From assembly GCA_024277655.1 (NCBI GenBank), contig JAJRUT010000063.1, forward strand, positions 16,939-80,938: a DNA stretch of 64,000 nucleotides, written 5' to 3'. The translations under genes were made by a program, and so were the position numbers. Shown piece after piece: positions 10,066-19,815 of this stretch. This stretch comes from Deltaproteobacteria bacterium (GTDB lineage: Bacteria; Desulfobacterota; Desulfobulbia; Desulfobulbales; SURF-16). The stretch's first letter is position 1. Every line of letters starts with the position of its first letter. The notes under the pieces were generated by a model. The model did not search any database. It was not told where the DNA came from and saw only the letters and a list, made by a program, of their open reading frames with translations.

Positions 10066-10803
10066 TTATATAGTCTGCCGTGCCCCGATGTTTTTAAAGG
10101 TCTCCCAGTCCGGCATTCCAAGTTCAGGGATCCAGTCGGTCCAGGAACCAGGGGGCTTTTGGCCGGATTTAAGGATGGCCAGGAGTTCTTCCGCTTTTGG
10201 GACGGCATTGGTGTCAGGGTAATTGTCCAGAAGGTATTCAAGTCGGGTGGCGGCCTGTTTTAATTTATCTGTTTTTATAAAGAAGTTTGCCACATACAAC
10301 TCATGGTTTGCCAGAAAGTTTTCTGCGGCAATGGTCCTGGCTCTAGCCTCATCAATGTAGGGGGAGGTAGGATAGGTGCGGATAAGTCTGGAGAATGTCG
10401 AGATGGCGAGTTGAGCTGCTGAAGGGTCACGGTCAATGGTGGTGAGTTGTTTGTAATAGCTCATGCCGATCTGAAATTGGGTGTAGGGAATTGCTTCGTT
10501 GGTGGGGTGGTTCTGTTCAAATTCCTGGTAGCTGGTAATTGCCTCCGTGTATTGACCAAGGTAGAATTGGCAATCAGCTGTTTTAAGTTCTGCCATAAGG
10601 CTGTATTGACTGAAAGGAAAGCGATCCATCAGAATTTCAAAGTTTTTGAGGGCCGAACTATATTGGCCTGAATTGAAATTATCCATTGCATCTTTGGCCA
10701 CATATTCAGCCGAAGGCGGGAGGTCTTCGCCCCCAAACCAGGAGCAAGCGGAGGTGGAGAGGGCGAGGAGGCAGAGGAGGGCAATGCAGAGTAGTTTTTT
10801 CAT
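10066..10803 (-). CDS. bamD: outer membrane protein assembly factor BamD (TPR lipoprotein)
   Basis: Lipobox LSTSA-C after MKKLLCIALLCLLA. TPR-like repeats run throughout, with the typical BamD segments (YPxSxY). I take the start at the internal ATG (10803) rather than the track start at 10860. Confidence 0.8.
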   Translation of the reverse strand: MKKLLCIALLCLLALSTSACSWFGGEDLPPSAEYVAKDAMDNFNSGQYSSALKNFEILMDRFPFSQYSLMAELKTADCQFYLGQYTEAITSYQEFEQNHPTNEAIPYTQFQIGMSYYKQLTTIDRDPSAAQLAISTFSRLIRTYPTSPYIDEARARTIAAENFLANHELYVANFFIKTDKLKQAATRLEYLLDNYPDTNAVPKAEELLAILKSGQKPPGSWTDWIPELGMPDWETFKNIGARQTI

Positions 10804-10872
10804 AAAATAAGGCGTTGGGGGGTAAGGCTTAAAGGTGAGAACTAAGGGGTGTAACAACATAAAGTCTTTGTA

Positions 10873-10913
10873 CCGTGGAACCTTTTTTTATGCCATAAAA
10901 AAAGGTTCCACGG
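10873..10913 (-). terminator. strong stem-loop between trxB and bamD (possible terminator or processing site)
   Basis: 17-bp perfect inverted repeat ccgtggaaccttttttt/aaaaaaaggttccacgg with a 7-nt loop. There is no separate U-tract outside the stem, so it is atypical. Confidence 0.45.
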
Positions 10914-10963
10914 TTGTTTGTCTGGGGGCCTGTTTAATATGCGTTTTGGCGCAAACGTTTACT

Positions 10964-11893
10964 CTATTTCAGGTGAGCCAGATAATGTTCAGCCGAGAGG
11001 CAGGCTGTTGTGGCCTCGCCAACGGCGTTGGCAATCTGCCTGAAATTCTTGGAGATAAGGTCTCCGGCGGCAAAAACGCCGGGGACGGAGGTCAGCATCT
11101 CCTTATCGGTGATAATAAAACCGTTCTCTGTCTCAAGCTGGTCTAGGGGGATCATCTCATTATTTGGCTGGATGCCAATCAGAACAAAGACACCTTCAAC
11201 TGCTAATTTTGACGCCGTGTCAGTTTTTACATTTTTTAGCTCAATCCCGGTAACCCCCGTATTGTCGCCGGTGATGGCGGTGGGGATGGTGTCCCAGATA
11301 AATTCGATTTTGTTGTTGGCAAATACCTTTTCCTGCAGAATCTTGGTGGCCCGTAGTTCGTCCCGGCGGTGGATAACATACACCTTGTCGGCAAATTTGG
11401 TGAGATGTCCGGCTTCCTGGATGGCGGTGTTGCCGCCACCGATAACCGCCACGGTGCGCCCGCGATAAAAGGGGGCATCACAGGTGGCGCAGTAGGATAC
11501 ACCCCTTGCGGCAAATTCGGCCTCTCCGGGGATATCGATATGGTTCGGCCTGGCTCCGGTTGCCAGGATAAGGGTCTTGCAGGTTAATGTCCCGCCCTCT
11601 TCAAGATGCAGGGTCTTGATATCGTGCTTGAGGTCCATGCCGATAATGGGAGTCTGTTTAATCTCAAGCTCAAAACGTTTGGCCTGGGCCGTCATCTTGT
11701 CGGCCAGATCAAAGCCTGAAAGGCCGTCTGGAAAACCTGGATAATTGTCGACCCAGTCGGTGTTAAGAACCTGACCGCCAGTGGCTCCTTTTTCAAGCAG
11801 GACAACGTCAAGTTTGGCACGGGCGGCATATAGCCCTGCAGTAAGTCCTGCCGGGCCGCCGCCAACGATAATGAGTTCATGGTCAATAGTCAT
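10964..11893 (-). CDS. trxB: thioredoxin-disulfide reductase
   Basis: GGGPAGLTAGLYAARA FAD motif, redox-active CATCD, and GGGNTAIQEA NADPH motif. Confidence 0.92.
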   Translation of the reverse strand: MTIDHELIIVGGGPAGLTAGLYAARAKLDVVLLEKGATGGQVLNTDWVDNYPGFPDGLSGFDLADKMTAQAKRFELEIKQTPIIGMDLKHDIKTLHLEEGGTLTCKTLILATGARPNHIDIPGEAEFAARGVSYCATCDAPFYRGRTVAVIGGGNTAIQEAGHLTKFADKVYVIHRRDELRATKILQEKVFANNKIEFIWDTIPTAITGDNTGVTGIELKNVKTDTASKLAVEGVFVLIGIQPNNEMIPLDQLETENGFIITDKEMLTSVPGVFAAGDLISKNFRQIANAVGEATTACLSAEHYLAHLK

Positions 11894-11928
11894 AGGTGTA
11901 CCGTAAGATGTAGTTTGGCATAAAAGGC

Positions 11929-11968
11929 AAAAAAAAGAAGCGAAACAGATGTTTCACTTCTTTTTTTT
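11929..11968 (-). terminator. rho-independent (bidirectional-shaped) terminator after trxA
   Basis: Layout is A8 - gaagcgaaaca - ga - tgtttcacttc - T8. The 11-bp stem has one mismatch. It lies 25 nt downstream of the trxA stop. Confidence 0.7.
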
Positions 11969-11992
11969 AGACTGTGGTCAATGGTGAGAATC

Positions 11993-12316
11993 TTATTTGT
12001 CCATCATCGCCTTGAGCTGGGGTTTGCCCACCGCCCCGGTAACCTGGTCGGCTACTTCGCCATCTTTAAAAAAGATCAGGGTTGGGATGGCACGAATACC
12101 ATATTTGCCTGGGGTCTCTGGGCTGTCATCCACATTCATTTTGCAAATTTGCACCTTGCCATCATACTCGTCAGCCAACTCATCAATCATAGGGCCTATG
12201 GCCTTGCATGGTCCACACCAGGGGGCCCAGAAGTCCACGAGGGTTGGTAGGGCTGCCTTAAGGACTTTTTCGTCAAAATCGGCATCAGATACTTCTGTAA
12301 TTTTGTCACTAGCCAT
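11993..12316 (-). CDS. trxA: thioredoxin
   Basis: Active site WCGPC. The 107-aa form starts at MASDKITEVSDADFDEKV (ATG at 12316). The longer track ORF (to 12421) adds an implausible leader. Confidence 0.92.
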   Translation of the reverse strand: MASDKITEVSDADFDEKVLKAALPTLVDFWAPWCGPCKAIGPMIDELADEYDGKVQICKMNVDDSPETPGKYGIRAIPTLIFFKDGEVADQVTGAVGKPQLKAMMDK

Positions 12317-12586
12317 GGGATGTTGCTCCTTAAAAAAAGTAAAATATATGAAGTTTATATATAAAAAACGGGGTTCGTTTAGGCTGTTGCTTTGTAAGCT
12401 TCCACGTGAACAATATTTCAATGTTACAGGTTACAATCTGCAAAAACAAGGAAAAATAACGTGTTTTCTGAGATAGATAAAAAAATAGCAGGTGGAGGAG
12501 TATGTAGATGTTAAGTGCGTAATTTTGGTGGGTTAGGTGGGTTTATAACCGTGATCTTCTTTTCTTTTTGATAAATAAATTGCAAA

Positions 12587-12606
12587 TTTAAAACAAGTGT
12601 TTTAAA
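12587..12606. promoter_or_regulatory. candidate TetR operator palindrome
   Basis: TTTAAAACA-AG-TGTTTTAAA, with perfect 9-bp arms. It lies about 110 nt upstream of the tetR-efflux operon start. Confidence 0.4.
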
Positions 12607-12715
12607 TGTTTGTATGAATGGTGTATGATGGGTAACGCTTTTTGAGAACTTCGTGGCGTGGCGCTCCTCTGTTTGGAGTTGAGTGCTAAGGCCTTTTTTT
12701 GATGAGAATATTTAC

Positions 12716-13348
12716 ATGGAAACAAAAGCACAGATGCCAACCAAGACTAAAATAATGAAAGCTGCGGAGGAGTTGTTTGCTCATTCAGGCTTTCATCACA
12801 CCACCATGCGGGCCATAACTGCGAGTGCCGGAGTGAACTTGGCGGCAATCAATTATCATTTTGGTTCAAAGGAGTCGCTTCTTGCTGCTATTTTTGATGC
12901 GTATTTGAAACCAATCAATGCCGAGCGGGTTAGGCGATTAACCGAGGTGGCAGAAAAAGCCAGAATGACTAGTGTTATTCCTGATCTTGAGGAGGTGATG
13001 CGCGCCTTTTTGGAGCCAACTCTTGTCCTGTTTCTTGAAGGTGCCGGTGCTGAACATTTCAGGATCATTATTGGTCGGGCAATGAGTGAGCCGAACCAGG
13101 CTGTACGCCGGATTTTCCTAAAACGGGTGATGCCGGTTATTGATATTTTGCTTGGGCTGCTTCAGCAGTCTTTGGTTAAGTCAAGTCAGTCCGAGGTAGC
13201 GTGGAAGTTACGTTTTGCCCTCGGTGCCATGAGTCACACCCTTTCCAGTCATGCCCACCATTCCCCCTTTGCTATGGGGGACTCCAAGGAGCCCTCCGAA
13301 ATCGTAGAAATGCTTATTGTTTTTATCATTAAAGGGATGCAGGAATGA
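12716..13348 (+). CDS. TetR/AcrR-family transcriptional regulator
   Basis: N-terminal HTH: KIMKAAEELFAHSGFHHTTMRAITASAGVNLAAINYHFGSKESLL. It is the first gene of an efflux operon, and its stop overlaps the next start (ATGA). Confidence 0.85.
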   Translation: METKAQMPTKTKIMKAAEELFAHSGFHHTTMRAITASAGVNLAAINYHFGSKESLLAAIFDAYLKPINAERVRRLTEVAEKARMTSVIPDLEEVMRAFLEPTLVLFLEGAGAEHFRIIIGRAMSEPNQAVRRIFLKRVMPVIDILLGLLQQSLVKSSQSEVAWKLRFALGAMSHTLSSHAHHSPFAMGDSKEPSEIVEMLIVFIIKGMQE

Positions 13349-14763
13349 ACAGGATCATTGCAATAATAGGGCTTTGTTTTTTTGGTGTCCTTTTTGGCTG
13401 TGCGCTCCATGAGCCGCAAAGCCAAAAAGTGACATCCTTTGCCGACTCCTATATGCAGAGTTCGGCAGTTATTGCTGAGGGCCGGGTCACTACCCACCGC
13501 TGGTGGGAGATGTATGGCGATTCAAAGTTAAATGAGCTTATGGCGCGTGGCTTTGCCGGGAATCTTGATCTGGAAATTGCCTGGGCCCGTTTGCAACAGG
13601 CGCGGGCGTTAGAAGCAGTTGCCGGGGCTAGTCAATTTCCCGATATAAATGGTACTGGTGGCACTGGGCGCTCCCAGTCCACCCCTAGTCTTTCAAGCTA
13701 TCAAAATCACCAGCTATCGGTGGCGGCAAGTTATGAACTTGATGTGTGGCATAAGCTTGCAAATTAACGTAATAAGTCCTCCTTTTTGCGACGAGCATCT
13801 GTAGAAGATCTGAAGGCTGTGTATGTCAGTCTTTCTGCCCGGATAGCCGAGGCCTATTATTTGATTCTGGAGTTGCGGGCTAAGATTGTTTTAAATAGAC
13901 AAATTATTGATTTTTTTGAGAAAACAGTGGAACTTGTTAGGTTGCGCTATGAGCGCGGGGTGGTGCCAAGTCTCGATTTGTACCAGGCGCGCCAGAATCT
14001 GCTAAGTGCCAGGGCCGATATGCCAGTTTTTGAGAGTGATCTGGTGCATGCCGAAAACAGTCTTGCTCTCCTGCTTGGCTTCAGGCCGGGGCAGGCGGAT
14101 ATGGGTGATTTCACAAGTTTACCTGATGTTGAATCTTCGTATGTTGCCGGTCTGCCATCAGAGCTCCTTGCCAGGCGCCCCGATGTGGAGGCGGCTTTTC
14201 AACGTTTGCAGGCAAGTGATGCGGATATTGCTGTGGCTATCGCCGAACGTTTTCCAAGTTTTAGCCTTACGGCGGATTATGGTAGTCGAACAACGGATCT
14301 ATCTGATCTCTTGCAAAATCCCAATGTCTTTTGGAATGTGCTTGCCGGGGTGAGTGCGCCTCTCTTTGATGGTGGTAGGCGTAGGGCCAATGTTGTCTAT
14401 AAAGAGGCTCTGTTTCGTGAACGGCTCGCCGGATATCACCAGAGCGTAATCAGGGCCTTTGCAGACGTTGAGGACAGCCTTGCTCGGGAGCGCGGAACGG
14501 ATAATAGGTATATTGAGTTGCTCGCCTATAAGGAGGTTACAGAGGCTACCCTGCGTCTTTCCCTGCAACGCTACAGGTTTGGGGTGGATACCTTCTTGCC
14601 GGTACTCACAGCTCAGGCCAGCCATTCCAGGGCGCTTATGGCAGTGATTACGGCAAAACGTAAAAAAATATCAAGCCGTATCCAGTTGGCCCGCGCCTTG
14701 GGCGGGTCTTGGATGGTGGATGAAATAGCGCCAGAGCAAAATAGTAGTGGGGACACATTATGA
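13345..14763 (+). pseudogene. RND efflux outer-membrane factor lipoprotein (NodT/TolC family) interrupted by one in-frame TAA
   Basis: ORFs 13345-13767 and 13786-14763 are in the same frame. They are separated only by TAA at 13765-13767 (..DVWHKLAN*RNKSSFLRRASVEDLKA..). Lipobox LFG-C at the N-terminus. The combined length of about 472 aa is typical of NodT-family OMFs. Confidence 0.75.
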
Positions 14764-15968
14764 AAAATATGCAGAAGTTAAACAGGGTTATCCTCGTGCT
14801 GGTCATCCTTGGTCTTGCGGTTTTTGTGACCAGAAAGATGGTAGCCCATAAGGAGCGCCCCAAACGGCTGATCCACGAAAGTAACGGCGCTGTGGTGCAT
14901 GTGGTAACGGTTAAACGTGCCAGTCTGAATTTGCAGGTGTCAGGGACTGGTCTGGTCAAGCCATTGCGGGAGGTTGCTATTGCCCCCCAGGTGTCAGGGG
15001 CTGTTGTCTATACTTCTCCGCGCCTGGTTCAGTCAGGATTTTTTAAAAAGGGGGAGGTTCTTTTTAAAATTGAAGATACGGATTCCAGGCTGACCCTCGA
15101 ACAGGCCAAGGCTGATCTGGTTAAAAGTAAACTTGAACTTGCCAAGATCAAGGGGCAGGCCGAAATTGCCTTAAAGGAGTGGCAACTGCTCAACGAAGGC
15201 GAGGCAGAGCCACAGCCACTGGTGGTATATAAACCGCAACTTGCCAGTGCTATGGCGATGGTTTCCGCCGCCAGGGCTAAGGTTAAACGGGCCGAGCTTG
15301 ATGTACAACGAACCACAGTTACAGCCCCCTTTAATTGTTTTATTCGCAGTAAAGATGTTGAGATTGGGCAGTATGTTCGGGTGGGAAGTGTGGTGTTGAA
15401 CCTTGTGGGTACAGACCAGGCTGAGGTTTTGGTTCCCTTGACACTTGCAGATATTGCCGTTGTGGCCGTTCCTGCTAAGCTTGGGGCAAAAGGCGAAGTT
15501 CTGAGGCAAGGTTCCCCGGTGATCATCCGTTTAAATGTTGGTGGGGATTGTCATGTCTGGCATGGGACCATCGCCCGGCTTGCGGGTGAAGTTGATCCTG
15601 CAAGTCGAATGCTCGATGTGGTGGTGCTGGTGGATGACCCCTATGTCCTGAAAGAAAAGACCCGCCATAGTATGGCCCTTGCCATGGGGAGTTTTGTGAT
15701 GGTGGAGATTGAGGGGCGCAAGTATGATGATGTGGTGAGTATTCCGCGTATGGGTCTGCGCGATGAATCCACGGTGTGGATTGCCGCACCTGATTCAACC
15801 TTGGAGGTTCGCCCTGTTGCGGTGCTTCGTAAAAATCAGGAGAGCGTGATTGTTCATGGCGGTCTTGAAGATGGGGAACAGGTCATCATTACTCCCTTGC
15901 GCGGTGCCTCACCGGGGATGAAGTTACGTGTTCAAGGGCAAGATTCCCTTGCTGGAGATAAGTCATGA
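14760..15968 (+). CDS. RND efflux periplasmic adaptor (membrane fusion protein, HlyD family)
   Basis: N-terminal TM segment, coiled-coil hairpin region (LEQAKADLVKSKLELAKIKGQAEIALKEWQ), barrel-sandwich motifs, and operon position between OMF and RND pump. Confidence 0.85.
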   Translation: MKNMQKLNRVILVLVILGLAVFVTRKMVAHKERPKRLIHESNGAVVHVVTVKRASLNLQVSGTGLVKPLREVAIAPQVSGAVVYTSPRLVQSGFFKKGEVLFKIEDTDSRLTLEQAKADLVKSKLELAKIKGQAEIALKEWQLLNEGEAEPQPLVVYKPQLASAMAMVSAARAKVKRAELDVQRTTVTAPFNCFIRSKDVEIGQYVRVGSVVLNLVGTDQAEVLVPLTLADIAVVAVPAKLGAKGEVLRQGSPVIIRLNVGGDCHVWHGTIARLAGEVDPASRMLDVVVLVDDPYVLKEKTRHSMALAMGSFVMVEIEGRKYDDVVSIPRMGLRDESTVWIAAPDSTLEVRPVAVLRKNQESVIVHGGLEDGEQVIITPLRGASPGMKLRVQGQDSLAGDKS

Positions 15969-18900
15969 AGTCGGCAATTCGCTGGATGGCGGATAATCAT
16001 GTGGCTGCCAACCTCTTTATGTTTTTTTTCATTGTTGGCGGTGTTGTGGTTAGCTTTCAGATCAAGCAGGAGGTGTTTCCTGATATTGCCCTGGATTATA
16101 TTCAGATTCAGGTCGTTTATCCCGGTGCCGGGCCTGAAGAGGTAGAAGAGGGGATCATTCTGAAGATTGAGGAGAATCTCACCGGTATTGAGGGTATTAA
16201 GGAGCTACGTTCCACCGCATCTGAGGGGTTTGCCTCGGTGATGGCCGAGTTATATCCAGGTGAGGATCAGGATGTTGTTCTTCAGGAGATAAAAAGTGAG
16301 ATTGACCGAATTGTCACCTTTCCCGGTGACGCTGAAAAGCCTGTGGTTAGTAAGATCATGCGAAAAAAAGAGGTGCTCAGCCTCGCGGTATATGGCGATA
16401 TTCCTGAGCGCTCCTTACGGGAGATTGGCGATGATGTCCGTGACGAACTCCTGACCCTGCCAGCCATCACCCAGGCAGAGATCAAGGGTGTCCGCCCCTA
16501 TGAGATATCCATTGAGATTAGTGAAGAAAACCTCCAGCGCTATAAACTTACCCTTGATAAAGTTGCTCAGCGAATTCGTCAGGCCTCCCTCGATTTACCC
16601 GGGGGCACCATTAAGACCAGTAGTGGCGAAATTCTGGTGCGTACCAAGGAGCGTAAGTACACCGGAGCCGAGTATGGCCAGATTACGATATTGACTGAGG
16701 CCGATGGTCGTGAGGTGTTATTATCTGATATTGGTGTGGTTAGGGATACCTTTCAGGATACCGATGAAACCTCATACTTTGATGGCAAACCGGCGGTGAT
16801 GATTGAAATATACCGGATCGGGAACCAGACGCCCACCGAAATTTCAGAGGTTGTTTATCAATATGTGCAGGAAAAATCCGGCAATCTGCCTGGCTCGGTT
16901 AAGCTTGCCGTGTGGAAGGATCGCTCGGAGGCGTTGCAGTCGCGGATAACTCTGCTTATCAATAATGGTCTTCTTGGCCTCTGCCTGGTGCTTGTGGTGC
17001 TTGGTCTGTTTTTGGAGTTTAGGCTCGCCATGTGGGTAATGATGGGTATTCCCATTTCCTTTTGTGGGGCTTTTCTGCTTATGCCCACAGTGGGTGTCTC
17101 CCTTAATATGATATCCCTTTTTGCCTTTATTATGGCCCTCGGGGTGGTGGTGGATGATGCCATTGTCGTGGGGGAGAATGTCTATAGTCATCGGCGAATG
17201 GGCAAGTCTCCTTTGCAGGCTTCGGTGGATGGAGCCTATGAGGTGGCGGTACCCGTGGTGTTCGCTATTTTAACCTCGGTGGCAGCCTTTGTCCCATTGC
17301 TCTATGTCTCAGGGCATATTGGTAAGTTTGTCGATACCATTCCCAGGGTTGTAATTCTTGTTCTGGTGGTCTCTCTCTTTGAATGTCTCTTTATTCTGCC
17401 GGCCCATCTGGCTCGGCAAAAGAATCGTAAACCCTCTTCTTTTCTTCCGTTTAGAAAGATTGGCGCATGGCGGCAGGCGTTTGGCAAGGGGCTTATGGCC
17501 TTTATCAACACCCCCTATCGGCAATTTTTAAACAGGTGTATGCGGGAGCGGTATATTACCCTGGCTGTTGCCCTTGCCGTCCTCATGCTCACGGTGGGGC
17601 TTGTAAAGGGGCGCATCGTTAAGTTTGATTTTATGCCCAAGGTGCAGTCTGACACAATCAAGGTGAAGCTTGAGATGCCACCCGGTACTCCAATCACCAA
17701 AACTCGTGAAATACAGGAGATGATTGAGAAAAAGGGGAGGTCTACCATTGCTCATTTTGACGGGGAGCTTGCGGACGGCGGTTCTATTTTGCGCCATTAT
17801 TATTCCACTGTTGGCAGCGGAGGATCAAACCTTGCCCAGATGTCTTTATTTTTGATCTCCAGTGAGGATCGTGTTGTTGGTTCCAGTGAGGTTGCCGAGT
17901 ATTGGCGTAAGTCGGTGGGGGAGGTGGCTGGGGTGGAGTCCCTGTCCTTTGAGAATAATCTGGTACACATGGGTGCCAACATTGATATTCGCTTAAGTCA
18001 CAAGGATTATCATGTGCTGGAGGTTGCTGCCGCTAAGGTGCGCCAGGTTCTGGAAGAGTATCCCGGTGTTGGTGATATTACCAATAGTCTTTCCCGGGGC
18101 AAAAGGGAGCTTAAAATCACCCTAAATGCCCAGGGCCGAACCCTGGGTATCACCGAAGAGGATCTTGGTCGGCAGTTGCGAGGTGCTTTTTACGGCGCTG
18201 AAGCTTTGCGTCTGCAACGGGGGCGCGATGAGGTGAAGGTGATGGTGCGCTACCCTGAGAAGGATCGGCAGTTTCTGTGGAATCTTGAAACCATGCGTAT
18301 TCGCACGCCGTCGGGTGGTGAAATCCCCTTGATGCAGGCTGCCTCGGTGATTGAGTCCAGGGGTTTTAGTCAGATTAACCGGGCTGACCGTAAGCGGGTA
18401 ACTAACCTGACCGGCTCGGTTAATAAGAGAATAGCCAATAGCGGGGCTATTCTCGAAGAGGTGGAGCGGGATGTGCTGGCAAAGCTTAAATCAGACTATC
18501 CCGGTTTGACCTACGATCTTGAAGGCGAATCCAAAGAGTCCCGGGAATCGCAGATGTCCATGCTGACAGGATTCGGTATGGCAATGCTTGTAATCTACGG
18601 TCTGCTGGCCATTCCACTGCGCAGTTATGCCCAGCCATTACTCATCATGGTGGCAATTCCCTTTGGGGTTGTCGGGGCCATCTGGGGTCATCTCATCACC
18701 GGCTATGATATGGCTATTATGTCCATGTTCGGTATTGTTGCCCTGGCCGGGGTGGTGGTGAACGATTCCCTGCTTTTGATTGACTTTATCAACCAGAAAC
18801 GCAAAGAGGGTATCGTGGTGAAAGAGGCTATTGTTGAGGCTGGAATGCGCCGGTTCCGTCCCATTCTCCTGACCAGTCTTACCACCTTTTTTGGTCTGGT

Positions 18901-19060
18901 ACCCATTATTCTCGAAACCAGTACCCAGGCCCAGTTCCTGATTCCCATGGCTATCAGTCTTGCCTTCGGTATTTTGTTCGGCACGGTGATCGCCCTGGTG
19001 CTGGTGCCAGCGCTATACCTTATCTTTGAGGATATCAAGGGATTGTTTGTTACGCCGTAG
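15965..19060 (+). CDS. RND efflux transporter permease (AcrB/AcrD/AcrF family)
   Basis: 1031 aa with the 12-TM / two large periplasmic loop layout. Conserved LGVVVDDAIVVGENV and LAGVVVNDSLLLIDF segments. Confidence 0.92.
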   Translation: MKSAIRWMADNHVAANLFMFFFIVGGVVVSFQIKQEVFPDIALDYIQIQVVYPGAGPEEVEEGIILKIEENLTGIEGIKELRSTASEGFASVMAELYPGEDQDVVLQEIKSEIDRIVTFPGDAEKPVVSKIMRKKEVLSLAVYGDIPERSLREIGDDVRDELLTLPAITQAEIKGVRPYEISIEISEENLQRYKLTLDKVAQRIRQASLDLPGGTIKTSSGEILVRTKERKYTGAEYGQITILTEADGREVLLSDIGVVRDTFQDTDETSYFDGKPAVMIEIYRIGNQTPTEISEVVYQYVQEKSGNLPGSVKLAVWKDRSEALQSRITLLINNGLLGLCLVLVVLGLFLEFRLAMWVMMGIPISFCGAFLLMPTVGVSLNMISLFAFIMALGVVVDDAIVVGENVYSHRRMGKSPLQASVDGAYEVAVPVVFAILTSVAAFVPLLYVSGHIGKFVDTIPRVVILVLVVSLFECLFILPAHLARQKNRKPSSFLPFRKIGAWRQAFGKGLMAFINTPYRQFLNRCMRERYITLAVALAVLMLTVGLVKGRIVKFDFMPKVQSDTIKVKLEMPPGTPITKTREIQEMIEKKGRSTIAHFDGELADGGSILRHYYSTVGSGGSNLAQMSLFLISSEDRVVGSSEVAEYWRKSVGEVAGVESLSFENNLVHMGANIDIRLSHKDYHVLEVAAAKVRQVLEEYPGVGDITNSLSRGKRELKITLNAQGRTLGITEEDLGRQLRGAFYGAEALRLQRGRDEVKVMVRYPEKDRQFLWNLETMRIRTPSGGEIPLMQAASVIESRGFSQINRADRKRVTNLTGSVNKRIANSGAILEEVERDVLAKLKSDYPGLTYDLEGESKESRESQMSMLTGFGMAMLVIYGLLAIPLRSYAQPLLIMVAIPFGVVGAIWGHLITGYDMAIMSMFGIVALAGVVVNDSLLLIDFINQKRKEGIVVKEAIVEAGMRRFRPILLTSLTTFFGLVPIILETSTQAQFLIPMAISLAFGILFGTVIALVLVPALYLIFEDIKGLFVTP

Positions 19061-19244
19061 CTGTTGGTGCTCTGGCTAATCAGGTTTCACTATGTCCTTC
19101 GACATAGTTGTCGACTCTTTTACTTCAAGTGTCGATGTTCAGCTGGGGGATAGCGTTGCTTTACCATTGGTGTAATTGGAATTATTCTAGTTGTTACAGT
19201 ATGTTATGTGGGGAATGATGGGGCTGTTATACTTTTTTATTTAT

Positions 19245-19260
19245 TGGCATGGCAGATGCA
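19245..19260 (+). promoter_or_regulatory. candidate sigma-54 (-24/-12) promoter
   Basis: TGGCATGGCAGATGCA matches TGGCAC-N5-TTGCA, with GG and GC at the correct spacing. It lies about 95 nt upstream of the ATG at 19356, and an NtrC-type activator gene is 3.4 kb downstream. Confidence 0.6.
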
Positions 19261-19355
19261 ATTTGAATTGGCACGTGAGAAGTATAACCAGGAAGAATTG
19301 ATCTGGAGTAAGATCTGTTTTTTCTACAGAAAACATTTTAATTGGAGGAATAGAC

Positions 19356-19736
19356 ATGAAATCATTATTAAGCGCGGTGGTCGGCCTTGCCCTTGGAGCA
19401 CTTCTTTTTACAGTGCCAATGGCTGGTGCCGTTGCTGGTGATGGAACTGGACCTGATGGCAAGGGGTGCCCTAAAATGGAAAACGGCGGTCAGGGCAATG
19501 GTAAGATGATACAGGGTAAGGGTATGGGTTGCGGTTGTTGTGGTAAGATGAAGAACGGTAAGGGCGTGGGTTTTGTTGACGCCGATGGTGATGGTATCTG
19601 TGATCACTATGCCAAGGCCATGGCTAATAATAGCGGTAAATGCAAGGGCCAGGGGGCAGGTTTTGTTGATGCCGATGGTAACGGTATCTGTGACCACCAT
19701 CCTGATAACGCCAAAACGCAAGAAGGCGCAAAATAG
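19356..19736 (+). CDS. small secreted Gly/Cys/Asp/Met-rich protein with duplicated GFVDADG(D/N)GICDH module (putative periplasmic metal-binding protein)
   Basis: Signal peptide MKSLLSAVVGLALGALLFTVPMAGAVA. Mature part contains GCPKM, GCGCCGKM and two copies of GFVDADGxGICDH, encoded by near-identical 39-nt repeats at 19569-19607 and 19659-19697. Confidence 0.7.
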   Translation: MKSLLSAVVGLALGALLFTVPMAGAVAGDGTGPDGKGCPKMENGGQGNGKMIQGKGMGCGCCGKMKNGKGVGFVDADGDGICDHYAKAMANNSGKCKGQGAGFVDADGNGICDHHPDNAKTQEGAK

Positions 19737-19750
19737 GCTCATTGCTGAAT

Positions 19751-19787
19751 CTTTTAGTCCGGAAGGCTCTGGTCTCCGGACTAAAAG
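19751..19787 (+). promoter_or_regulatory. intra-operon stem-loop (attenuator or mRNA-stabilising hairpin)
   Basis: 13-bp perfect stem cttttagtccgga/tccggactaaaag with an 11-nt loop. It lies 15 nt after the stop of the small secreted protein. No U-tract follows. Confidence 0.5.
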
Positions 19788-19815
19788 AGGCTGATGGTGC
19801 GCCGGAAAAAAGAAT

